This document shows positions 20,991 through 29,748 of a stretch of DNA of 64,000 nt, piece after piece (positions within the stretch are counted from its first letter, which is position 1; each line of letters begins with the position of its first letter). The notes below the pieces were generated by a model. It saw nothing but the letters and a program-made list of their open reading frames with translations, was not told the DNA's origin and did no database searches. Source of the stretch: Acidobacteriota bacterium (GTDB taxonomy: Bacteria; Acidobacteriota; Vicinamibacteria; Vicinamibacterales; UBA2999); the NCBI GenBank assembly GCA_031376505.1, contig JANMDX010000282.1, positions 9,536-73,535 on the forward strand, read 5' to 3'. The position numbers and the translations under genes are program-made.

Positions 20991-21902
20991 GTGACCACAT
21001 CGCACCTGAGCACTACGCCAGCCAGCGCGGCCGCCCTGCTGGGGGGCGCCGTGGACTACGCCGGGCTCTTTCCACCGGCAGCACTCACCATGGGCCAGGC
21101 CGTCGCGGAGTACGCGTCGGCACTCGATGGGCCGGATGCGTGGATGCTCGGACGCTTCGTGGTGCCGGCCGGGCGGTTGCCCGAACTGGCCAAGGAGCGG
21201 GCGGCCCTCAACAGGCCGTCGGCAGAGTGGCGGCTGGGCGCGCTGGTCGCCGGCGAGTCCGACGCCGACCTGGCGGCCATCGCCGCCTTCAACCGATCGG
21301 CGGAACGACAGGCGGTCGTTGACGCGATCGAATGCAGGCCGACTCACCTGGCAGGCCTCGACTGGCTGACCGAACACGCAGCCACCTCATGCGCCGCGTT
21401 TGTCGAGATTCCCGCGACCGAGGACGTGGCCATCTGGATGGCGCGGCTGGCCGCGCGCGGGCTTGGCGCGAAGATTCGCACGGGCGGCGTGACCGCGGCG
21501 GCGTTCCCAGAGGCGAGCGCGATCGCGGCGTTCTTGCAGGCTGCGGTTCGCGCCGGCGTGCGGGTCAAGGCGACGGCGGGCCTGCACCACGCAGTGCGCG
21601 GCGTCTATCGCCTCACCTACGACGCGAACGCGCCGACGGCGTTCATGTACGGTTACTTGAACGTGCTGCTGGCCACCGCGGCGCTGCAGTCGGGCGGACC
21701 CGCGACCGTGGTGGAACAGGTGCTCCTGCTGGCGGACCCGGCGTCACTGACCTTCACCGACGACGCCGTTCGCTGGGGCGATCGGGAGTTTCCCACTGCG
21801 CTGCTGCACGCCACACGCGCGCAGCGCCTCGCCGGATTCGGATCGTGCTCGTTTCGCGAGCCAGCCGAGGAGCTGCGCTCGCTCGTCCTCTTGCACCCCT
21901 GA
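20991..21902 (+). CDS. conserved hypothetical protein, first gene of the homogentisate operon
   Basis: enzyme-like motifs VDYAGLFPPA, LGRFVVPA, KIRTGG, KATAGLHHAVR, FGSCSFREP; followed 22 nt later by hppD. Confidence 0.8.
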   Translation: MTTSHLSTTPASAAALLGGAVDYAGLFPPAALTMGQAVAEYASALDGPDAWMLGRFVVPAGRLPELAKERAALNRPSAEWRLGALVAGESDADLAAIAAFNRSAERQAVVDAIECRPTHLAGLDWLTEHAATSCAAFVEIPATEDVAIWMARLAARGLGAKIRTGGVTAAAFPEASAIAAFLQAAVRAGVRVKATAGLHHAVRGVYRLTYDANAPTAFMYGYLNVLLATAALQSGGPATVVEQVLLLADPASLTFTDDAVRWGDREFPTALLHATRAQRLAGFGSCSFREPAEELRSLVLLHP

Positions 21903-21924
21903 CCGTCACTCCGGAGCCACACCC

Positions 21925-23043
21925 ATGGGACCGTTTCCACACGACGCCGAACCACCGGTCATCTCGGCCGAGAATCCGATGGGCACCGACGGCTTCGAGT
22001 TCGTCGAGTTCTGCCACCCCGACCCGAGCCAGCTCGATCACCTGTTCCGCATCATGGGCTTCCTGCCGGTGGCGAAGCATCGATCGAAGGAGGTCACGCT
22101 CTATCGGCAGGGCGGCATCAACCTGGTCGTGAACGCCCAGCCCGGCTCGTTCGCCGCCGAGTTCGCGGCCGCGCATGGGCCGTCGGCTCCCGCCATGGCG
22201 TTCCGGGTCGTGGACGCCAAGCACGCCTACGACCGTGCGCTCTCACTCGGCGCCAAGCCGGTGCGGTCCACCACCGGCCCGAATGAACTCGAGATTCCCG
22301 CCATCGAAGGCATCGGCGGCCTGCACATCTATCTTGTGGATCGCTACGGCGCGAAAGGCTCGATCTACGACGTGGACTTCGAGTGGATCGGCGACCAGGA
22401 TCCGCATCCGACCGGAACCGGCCTCTTCTACATCGACCACCTGACCCACAACGTGTATCGGGGCCGGCTGGAAGAGTGGGCCGGGTTCTACGAGCGGATG
22501 TTCAACTTCCGGCAGATCCGTTACTTCGACATCGCCGGGAAGGTGAGCGGGCTGCACTCGCGCGCCATGACCAGTCCCGACGGCAAGATCCGCATCCCGA
22601 TCAACGAAGACGCGGGCGAGCGCGGTCAGATCGAAGAGTACCTGCAGCAATATGGCGGCGAAGGCATCCAGCACATCGCTCTCGGCTCGACCGACCTGTA
22701 CGCCTCGATCGAGATGCTGCTCGCGCAGGGCGTCGAGTTCATGCCCGCGCCAAACCCGGTGTACTACTCGCGCATCGACCGGCGCCTGCCCGGGCACGGC
22801 GAGGACCTGGCACGGCTGGCGAAGACCGGCGCGCTCATCGACGGCGAGGGCGTGGTTGAGGGCGGATTCACGAAGACCCTGCTGCAGCGCTTTGGCCAGA
22901 CCGCCATCGGTCCGATTTTCTTCGAGTTCATCCAGCGCAAGGGCGATGACGGCTTCGGCGAGGGCAACTTCAAGGCCTTGTTCGAGTCGATCGAGGAGGA
23001 CCAGATTCGCCGCGGCGTATTCAAGGCCGGATCGGCCACGTAG
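21925..23043 (+). CDS. hppD: 4-hydroxyphenylpyruvate dioxygenase
   Basis: ENPMGTDGFEFVEF, IDHLTHNV, GEGIQHIA, FFEFIQRKG, GFGEGNF. Confidence 0.95.
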   Translation: MGPFPHDAEPPVISAENPMGTDGFEFVEFCHPDPSQLDHLFRIMGFLPVAKHRSKEVTLYRQGGINLVVNAQPGSFAAEFAAAHGPSAPAMAFRVVDAKHAYDRALSLGAKPVRSTTGPNELEIPAIEGIGGLHIYLVDRYGAKGSIYDVDFEWIGDQDPHPTGTGLFYIDHLTHNVYRGRLEEWAGFYERMFNFRQIRYFDIAGKVSGLHSRAMTSPDGKIRIPINEDAGERGQIEEYLQQYGGEGIQHIALGSTDLYASIEMLLAQGVEFMPAPNPVYYSRIDRRLPGHGEDLARLAKTGALIDGEGVVEGGFTKTLLQRFGQTAIGPIFFEFIQRKGDDGFGEGNFKALFESIEEDQIRRGVFKAGSAT

Positions 23044-23355
23044 ATGGCTTGGACATTGGCCGCGAAGGTGTCCGCGCTCGATGAGCGCGAGGTAGTGGCC
23101 GCCGAGTGCGGCGGCCGGCGTCTGGCGATCTATCGCCTGGGGGGCGCCTACTTCGCCACGAACGATGCGTGTCCGCATCAGGGCGGATCGCTTTCTGACG
23201 GGTGCGTCGTCGATGGCTTCATCGAGTGCCCCGTGCACTTCGCGCTGTTCGACATCCGCACCGGCGCCGCCGACGGCAGCGTGACCGCCGCGTCCGTCCG
23301 CACCTTCCCGACCAGAGTCGCGCACGGTGAGATTCATGTCGATCTCGACGTGTGA
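23044..23355 (+). CDS. Rieske [2Fe-2S] ferredoxin (dioxygenase ferredoxin-like)
   Basis: CPH...CPVH Rieske ligands; 103 aa; starts immediately after the hppD stop. Confidence 0.88.
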   Translation: MAWTLAAKVSALDEREVVAAECGGRRLAIYRLGGAYFATNDACPHQGGSLSDGCVVDGFIECPVHFALFDIRTGAADGSVTAASVRTFPTRVAHGEIHVDLDV

Positions 23356-23379
23356 GTCGCGCATGCTGGAGACCATTCG

Positions 23380-24687
23380 ATGAGCACCCTCACACCGGGC
23401 TACATGTCGGGATTCGGCAACGGCTTCGAAACCGAGGCGCTGCCGGGCGCATTGCCCATCGGCCGCAACTCTCCGCAGAAGTGCGCCTATGGCCTGTATG
23501 CCGAGCAGCTGAGCGGATCGCCCTTCACGGCGCCCAGGGCCAGCAACGAACGCTCGTGGCTCTATCGCATCCGCCCCACGGTGGCGCACTTCGGACAGTT
23601 CGAAACAGCCGACATCGGCCTGTGGCGCACCGCGCCGTGTCACGAAGTGGTGGTGCCCATCGCGCCGATGCGCTGGGACCCGCTCGCCGTGCCCGACGAG
23701 CCGCTGACGTTTCTGCAGGGCCTGCGCACCATCACGACGGCAGGTGATGCCGGCACCCAGACCGGCATGGGCACCCACGTCTACCTCGTGACGCAGTCGA
23801 TGACGCACGAGTACTTCTACGACGCCGATGGCGAGCTGCTGTTTGTGCCGCAACAGGGCGAGCTGCGCGTGTGGACCGAATTCGGCATCATCGACCTCGA
23901 GCCCGGCGAGTGCGCGGTGATCCCGCGCGGCGTCAAGATCCGCGTCGAGCTCACGAATGGCCCGGCGCGCGGCTACCTCTGCGAGAACTACGGTGGCGCT
24001 TTCACCCTGCCCGAACGAGGGCCGATCGGCGCCAACTGCCTGGCCAACCCGCGGGATTTCCTTACGCCCGAGGCCGCCTACGAAGATACCGATGCGCCCG
24101 GTCGCATGTACGTGAAGTCGGGTGGCACGCTGTGGGCCACTGCGCTCGAACACTCGCCACTCGACGTGGTCGCCTGGCACGGCAACTACGCGCCCTACAA
24201 GTACGACTTGCGGCGATACTCCCCGGTCGGTCCGATGCTGTTCGACCACGCCGACCCGTCGATCTTCACCGTGCTCACCTCGCCGTCCGAGACGCCCGGT
24301 ACCGCCAACATCGACTTCGTGATCTTCCCGGAGCGCTGGATGGTTGCGGAGAACACGTTCCGTCCGCCGTGGTACCACATGAACGTGATGAGCGAGTTCA
24401 TGGGGCTCGTCTACGGCCAGTACGACGCCAAGCCGGAAGGCTTCGTGCCCGGCGGCGTGTCGCTCCACAACACGATGCTGCCGCACGGTCCCGACGTGGA
24501 CGCGTTCGAGGCCGCCAGCAACGCGGAGCTCGGCCCGCGCAAGCTCGAAGGCACGCTCGCCTTCATGTTCGAGACGCGCTTTCCGCAATGCGTCACCGGC
24601 TTTGCGGCGCAGTCGGCCACTCTGCAGGCATCCTACGGCCGCTATGGCCGGCGACTGAAGAAGCACTTCAATCCGAACCAGCGCTAG
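23380..24687 (+). CDS. hmgA: homogentisate 1,2-dioxygenase
   Basis: [42 protein letters not shown]. Confidence 0.97.
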   Translation: MSTLTPGYMSGFGNGFETEALPGALPIGRNSPQKCAYGLYAEQLSGSPFTAPRASNERSWLYRIRPTVAHFGQFETADIGLWRTAPCHEVVVPIAPMRWDPLAVPDEPLTFLQGLRTITTAGDAGTQTGMGTHVYLVTQSMTHEYFYDADGELLFVPQQGELRVWTEFGIIDLEPGECAVIPRGVKIRVELTNGPARGYLCENYGGAFTLPERGPIGANCLANPRDFLTPEAAYEDTDAPGRMYVKSGGTLWATALEHSPLDVVAWHGNYAPYKYDLRRYSPVGPMLFDHADPSIFTVLTSPSETPGTANIDFVIFPERWMVAENTFRPPWYHMNVMSEFMGLVYGQYDAKPEGFVPGGVSLHNTMLPHGPDVDAFEAASNAELGPRKLEGTLAFMFETRFPQCVTGFAAQSATLQASYGRYGRRLKKHFNPNQR

Positions 24688-24704
24688 GTTCGACGGAGCA
24701 CCCG

Positions 24705-26021
24705 ATGGTTCGGCTCGACGCCACGCACGATCCGCAACGACAGAGCTGGGTGACGTCGGCCAACGGCCACACCGACTTCCCTATTCAGAACCTGCCGCTC
24801 GGGGTCTTCTCGCCCGCTGCTGATTCGCGGCCACGAGTGGGTGTGGCCATCGGCGATCAGATTCTCGACCTGCAGGCAGCGCACCAGACCGGTATCTTCT
24901 CTGGCAACGCGTCGCAGGTGACGGCGCTGGCCGGCACGGCGTCACTCAACGCCGTGATGGCGCTCGGACCTGGCCCGCGCAGGGCCTGGCGCCAGCGCCT
25001 GTCCGAGGTCCTGCGGGCCGACGCGCCCGAGCGACGCGCCCTCGAGCCGTTGCTGCACGCAGCGAGCCCGTGCACGATGCACCTGCCGGCGGCGATTGGC
25101 GACTACACGGATTTCTACGCCGGCATCCACCATGCGCTGAACGTGGGCACGCAGTTCCGCCCCGACAACCCGCTGCTGCCGAACTACAAATACGTCCCGA
25201 TTGGGTACCACGGCCGCAGCTCGTCGATGGTCGTGTCGGGCACGCCGGTGCGCCGCCCCAACGGGCAGCGCAAGGGGCCAGATGACGCGACGCCGTCGTT
25301 TGGCCCGAGTCGCCGGCTCGACTTCGAACTGGAGCTGGGCATCTGGATCGGCCCTGGCAACGCGCTCGGCGATCCCATTCCGATCGCACGGGCTGCCGAT
25401 CACATCAGCGGCTTCTGCCTGCTGAACGACTGGTCGGCCCGCGACATCCAGGCGTGGGAATATCAGCCGCTCGGCCCATTCCTGGCGAAGAACTTCGCCA
25501 CGTCGATCTCGCCGTGGATCATCACGCCCGAAGCGTTGGCGCCGTTTCGTATGCCGCAGCCGCCGCGTCCCGAGGGCGATCCGGCGCCGCTGCCCTACCT
25601 GCTCGACTCAGAGGACCAGGACTCCGGCGCGCTCGACCTCGAGTTCGAAGTGCTGTTGCTGACGGCGCAGTCGCGGCGCGAGGGCCTCGCCGCGCACCGT
25701 CTATCGCTCAGCAACGCCCAGCACATGTATTGGACCGTGGCGCAGCTGGTGGCGCACCACAGCAGCAACGGCTGCAACCTGCGGCCGGGGGATCTTTTCG
25801 GTTCCGGCACCATCTCGGCGCCGACGCCGCAAGGATGCGGCAGCTTGCTCGAGATCACCGAGGGCGGACGCCGTTCTGTTGACGTCGCACCGGGACAGAC
25901 GCGCACGTTCCTGCAGGACGGCGACGAGGTGATCATCCGGGCCCGCGCGCGGCGCCAGGGCTTCGCGCCGATTGGTTTCGGAGAAGTTCGTGCGACGGTA
26001 GCCGCGGCCGCGCCACGATAG
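24705..26021 (+). CDS. fahA: fumarylacetoacetase
   Basis: DFPIQNLP, GDYTDFY, YHGRSS, LDFELE, NDWSARDIQ, GSGTIS; ATG 24705 with GGAG SD. Confidence 0.95.
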   Translation: MVRLDATHDPQRQSWVTSANGHTDFPIQNLPLGVFSPAADSRPRVGVAIGDQILDLQAAHQTGIFSGNASQVTALAGTASLNAVMALGPGPRRAWRQRLSEVLRADAPERRALEPLLHAASPCTMHLPAAIGDYTDFYAGIHHALNVGTQFRPDNPLLPNYKYVPIGYHGRSSSMVVSGTPVRRPNGQRKGPDDATPSFGPSRRLDFELELGIWIGPGNALGDPIPIARAADHISGFCLLNDWSARDIQAWEYQPLGPFLAKNFATSISPWIITPEALAPFRMPQPPRPEGDPAPLPYLLDSEDQDSGALDLEFEVLLLTAQSRREGLAAHRLSLSNAQHMYWTVAQLVAHHSSNGCNLRPGDLFGSGTISAPTPQGCGSLLEITEGGRRSVDVAPGQTRTFLQDGDEVIIRARARRQGFAPIGFGEVRATVAAAAPR

Positions 26022-26071
26022 GCCACAGCAGCTCAGAAATCAGGGACAGCATCGCGCGCGAAGGACACGCG

Positions 26072-27088
26072 CTACGGGGCCACGACCGGACGAAGCTTGA
26101 CGACACGCTTGGTCCGGGTTTCAGCCACGTAGATCGACCCGTCTCGTCCCACCGCAAGGTCGTGCACCGCGTTGAACACCGGGTCGCCGGGCTGGCCGAA
26201 GCCAATCGCCGCGACGATGCTCCACTCGCGATTGAGCTTCAAGACCCCGGTGTGCTGCGAATCGTAGTCGGCACGCCGGATGCCGACGTACAGCGCACCG
26301 TCAGGACCGGCGGCGACGCTGAATACCCGGCCGGTCGTGGGCGCCTCGAGGACGCCGGTCCATTGCCGCTTGAACCTGCCCATCCGGTCGAACAGCTGGA
26401 GCCGTGAATTCTCGCGGTCGGCGACGACCACGTCCGTGGCGCCGGGCACGAAGCTGAGCCCGTGCGGGTTGCTGAACTCGCCCGCTCCGGCGCCCTTCTT
26501 CCCCCACTCTTGCAGCCATGTCCCATTCTTGTCGAATAGTGCCACGCGGCTGTTTACGTAGCCATCCGACACGTAGAACGATCCGTCGGGGCGAATGGCA
26601 ATATCGGTCGGCTGGTTGAAGTGGGTCGCGTCCCACTTCCCTACACGCGACTCGCCCAGCGCGAGCAGCAACTTGCCGTCGTGCGAGTACTTCAGCACTT
26701 GATGCAGCCCCACGTCGGTAAGGAAGACATTGTTTGCCGGATCGATCGTGATCCCGTGCGGCACGAGAAACGCGTTGGCGCCCCAGGAACGAAGCAACTT
26801 TCCGGTGTCGGCGTCGATTTCAAGTACCGCCGGTTCGGTGAGCAGCTCGGTCGCGGCGGGGTCGAAGCCACGGCCCGGCCGATGGAAGACGAACACGTGG
26901 CCGTTGGCATCCACGGCCACGCCGGCGGCTTCGCCCATCTGGACGTTGGCGGGAAGACGGGGCCAGGTGGTGACTGCTTCGTACCGGATGCGTGACGCCG
27001 CGGTGGCCTTCACGGAGCCAGGAGCGCCCGCTGAAGCCGCGAGCACACCCGCAATGACTGCCAGAACGACGGAACCACGTCTTTGCAT
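26072..27088 (-). CDS. NHL-repeat peptidyl-alpha-hydroxyglycine alpha-amidating lyase (PAL)-like protein, secreted
   Basis: VFVFHR, PHGITID, HFNQPTDIA, YVSDGYVNSR, VADRENSR; signal peptide; ATG at 27088. Confidence 0.85.
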   Translation of the reverse strand: MQRRGSVVLAVIAGVLAASAGAPGSVKATAASRIRYEAVTTWPRLPANVQMGEAAGVAVDANGHVFVFHRPGRGFDPAATELLTEPAVLEIDADTGKLLRSWGANAFLVPHGITIDPANNVFLTDVGLHQVLKYSHDGKLLLALGESRVGKWDATHFNQPTDIAIRPDGSFYVSDGYVNSRVALFDKNGTWLQEWGKKGAGAGEFSNPHGLSFVPGATDVVVADRENSRLQLFDRMGRFKRQWTGVLEAPTTGRVFSVAAGPDGALYVGIRRADYDSQHTGVLKLNREWSIVAAIGFGQPGDPVFNAVHDLAVGRDGSIYVAETRTKRVVKLRPVVAP

Positions 27089-27243
27089 GCTCGCCTCGGT
27101 TCGACCTGTGCGGTGAGCATAGCTGAATCCGCGCGTCCTCTCGCGCCGTCCCGACAAAGACTGCGACGCTCTCGGGTCGGCGACGGTGCTGCCGTCTGCT
27201 ACCCTACCGAGGTCGTCGTAAATTGCGCACAGGGAGTTGTTGC

Positions 27244-28101
27244 ATGGACCGCAGAACGTTTCTGTCGACACTCGGCCTGGCGGCCGCCGCGCCGCAGTTG
27301 GCCTGCTCGCCGAGAACGTCGGGCGTGGCCGCCGCACCGCGCCGCCTCCGTCGCGTGGGCATTCAGCTCTACACGCTACGCGACGACGCGCAACGTGATC
27401 TGGAGCGCACGCTCGGCGACATCGCCCGCACGGGCTACGTCGACGTCGAGCTGCTGGGCTCGATGAACAACTTCGGGATGCCGCCGGAACGCCTGAGAGC
27501 GGTGCTCGACCGCGAGGGACTGCGGGCGCCGTCGACCCACATCAGCGGCGAGGCGTTCGATGATCTGGATCGGCAGCTCGCTACGGCGAAGACGCTTGGC
27601 CATGAGTACCTGGTCCTTGCGGGCCTTCCAAGCGGCGACACGTCGTCGCTCGACGGCTACCGCCGCTGGGCCGATCGACTCAATGACGCGGGACGCCGCG
27701 CGCTTCCAAGTGGGATCCGGATCGGCTTTCACGACGAACCCGTCGATTTCACCCCCATCGATGGCATGGTGCCGTACGACGTGCTGGCAGAACGCACCGA
27801 CCCGACGTATGTGCGCCTGCAGCTCGATACCGGCAACATCGCAATGGCCGGCGGTGATCCGTTCAGCTACCTGGAACGCCTGGGCTCGCGCTACTGGCTC
27901 TTTCACATCAAGGACGTTCCCCGGCTCGGTGCGTCGAGCGACACCGAGCTGGGCAAGGGAGTCATCGATTTCAGACGCTTGCTCGCGAGCATCGACCACA
28001 TCGACGAGAAGTTTCTCTTCGTCGAGCAGGAGACGTATCCTGGCGCGCCGCTCGAAAGCGCCCGGCGCGACTTCACCTACTTGTCGACGCTCGAGTTCTG
28101 A
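27244..28101 (+). CDS. sugar phosphate isomerase/epimerase (xylose-isomerase-like TIM barrel), Tat lipoprotein
   Basis: MDRRTFL Tat motif, LAC lipobox, GIQLYTLR, QLDTG, FHIKD, FVEQE. Confidence 0.88.
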   Translation: MDRRTFLSTLGLAAAAPQLACSPRTSGVAAAPRRLRRVGIQLYTLRDDAQRDLERTLGDIARTGYVDVELLGSMNNFGMPPERLRAVLDREGLRAPSTHISGEAFDDLDRQLATAKTLGHEYLVLAGLPSGDTSSLDGYRRWADRLNDAGRRALPSGIRIGFHDEPVDFTPIDGMVPYDVLAERTDPTYVRLQLDTGNIAMAGGDPFSYLERLGSRYWLFHIKDVPRLGASSDTELGKGVIDFRRLLASIDHIDEKFLFVEQETYPGAPLESARRDFTYLSTLEF

Positions 28102-28140
28102 CCCGGTGGACGCAGTGATGTCACTGGGCCGCTGCAACGA

Positions 28141-28265
28141 CATAGAGAAGACGCTACACGTCGGACTATCTCACCGTGGATCCCTACTTCGAACCGGTCC
28201 GCAGGACGCTCGACGACCCGTATCGCCAGCCGTTGTGGGGCGGCCTCGCCCCGAAGAGCTGGTTC
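28141..28265 (+). pseudogene. relic of the C-terminus of a VOC-type 3,4-dihydroxyphenylacetate 2,3-dioxygenase (HpaD-like)
   Basis: 28155-28265 encodes YTSDYLTVDPYFEPVRRTLDDPYRQPLWGGLAPKSWF, resembling the HpaD C-terminal pattern; in-frame stop just upstream and no start. Confidence 0.65.
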
Positions 28266-28374
28266 CCGCGCTCGAGTGCCCGCCCCGCTACATCAGCTGA
28301 GCCATCCCGCCGACAGTGACCCGCGCGGCGGAACCACAACGCGCACTGAGACATCGCCCGGTCAGCGACGGCGC

Positions 28375-28495
28375 GTGCTCACGTTCCCGGCCATTTGGTC
28401 GTATCGATTGCGACGGTGGCCCTGCTGAACGTCGTGGGCATCGCCTCGATCGCCCGAGCCAACATCGCCGTCATCGCGGCGCGAGAGCCTGACGA
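28375..28495 (+). pseudogene. possible relic of an APC-family (amino acid/polyamine) permease TM segment
   Basis: VPGHLVVSIATVALLNVVGIASIARANIAVIAA resembles the APC LN-x-x-GI...AR-x-N segment; isolated fragment. Confidence 0.4.
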
Positions 28496-28614
28496 CGGGC
28501 CGCCGGTGGCTCGCGCTCGAGGCCGAGTACCTCGCTATGCTGACCAGAGGTTCACCCGCGCGCCGCCGGAGATGTCTCTCTCGGCGAGGCTGCGACGTGA
28601 GGAAGCGAGCGCAG

Positions 28615-29649
28615 ATGCTGACCATCTATTCCGATCGGCACCACCGCCACCACGGCCATGGCGAGCTCATCGACGGCCAGATGATGCCGTGCTTCGAGAT
28701 GCCGCGCCGCGCCGACATGATCCTGGCGCGCGTGCGCGACGTGGGTCTTGGCGACGTACTGGGCGCGCGCGGGTTCGGCCTCGATCCCGTGCGCCGTGTG
28801 CACGACGCCGGATTCGTGGATTTTCTGGCCACCGCCTGGGCCGACTGGAGCGCACTCGGCCGCACCAACGACGCCCTGCCGCTCGTCTGGCCCGTGCCCG
28901 GCCTGCGGCACGACCGCGTGCCCGAGCACATCGACGGGCGTCTCGGCTTCTACTCGATGGACGCCGGCGTGCCGATCACCGCCGGCACGTGGGACGCAGT
29001 GCAGGCGGCGGCCGACGTGGCCCTCACGGGCGCGCAGGCGATTGTCGACGGCGCGACGAGCGCGTTCTCGCTGTGCCGTCCGCCGGGACACCACGCGGCC
29101 GCGGCCGCGATGGGCGGGTACTGTTATCTGAACAACGCGGCGATTGCCGCACAGTATCTGCTCGACCACGGCTGCGCCCATGTGGCCGTGCTCGACGTGG
29201 ACTACCACCACGGCAACGGCACGCAGGTCATCTTCTACGCGCGGCGCGACGTGCTCTTCGTGAGCCTGCACGCCGACCCGCGCACCGAGTATCCGTACTT
29301 CCTCGGCCATGCCGACGAGCGCGGCGTGGGCGCCGGCGCCGGCTACACGGTGAACTACCCGCTGCCCCACGGCACGGCCTGGGACACCTACGGTCCTGCG
29401 CTCGACCTGGCGTGCTCGGCGATCCGCGCGGACGCGCCCGACGCGATCGTAGTCTCGCTTGGCGTGGACACCTACGTGCACGATCCCATCTCGCGCTTCC
29501 TGCTCGAGACCGGCGATTTCTCGCGCATTGGCGCGGCGATTGCCGGCCTGGGCCGTCCCACGCTCTTTGTGATGGAGGGTGGCTACGCGGTGGACGAGAT
29601 CGGCGTCAACGCTGTGAACGTGCTCACGGGGTTCGAGCAGCAGGGGTAA
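28615..29649 (+). CDS. acetylpolyamine amidohydrolase (HDAC family)
   Basis: CRPPGHHA, GGYCYLNNAA, LDVDYHHGNGTQ, SLGVD, MEGGY; ATG at 28615. Confidence 0.92.
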   Translation: MLTIYSDRHHRHHGHGELIDGQMMPCFEMPRRADMILARVRDVGLGDVLGARGFGLDPVRRVHDAGFVDFLATAWADWSALGRTNDALPLVWPVPGLRHDRVPEHIDGRLGFYSMDAGVPITAGTWDAVQAAADVALTGAQAIVDGATSAFSLCRPPGHHAAAAAMGGYCYLNNAAIAAQYLLDHGCAHVAVLDVDYHHGNGTQVIFYARRDVLFVSLHADPRTEYPYFLGHADERGVGAGAGYTVNYPLPHGTAWDTYGPALDLACSAIRADAPDAIVVSLGVDTYVHDPISRFLLETGDFSRIGAAIAGLGRPTLFVMEGGYAVDEIGVNAVNVLTGFEQQG

Positions 29650-29748
29650 ACTAAGGCTCCACGCGCGCCGTTGCGACTCTGGTCGCGATGGTCCACGACC
29701 CTGTTGCGTGCGTCTCGTGATTCCACCCGCTCGGACAGAGGAGATCGC

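Noticed and set aside
23871-24704. Apparent N-terminal extensions or fusions of fahA (716 aa), hutF (661 aa), murD (853 aa) and terC (348 aa)
   Set aside because: The extensions overlap the upstream gene or the tRNA. Better-supported starts lie downstream.
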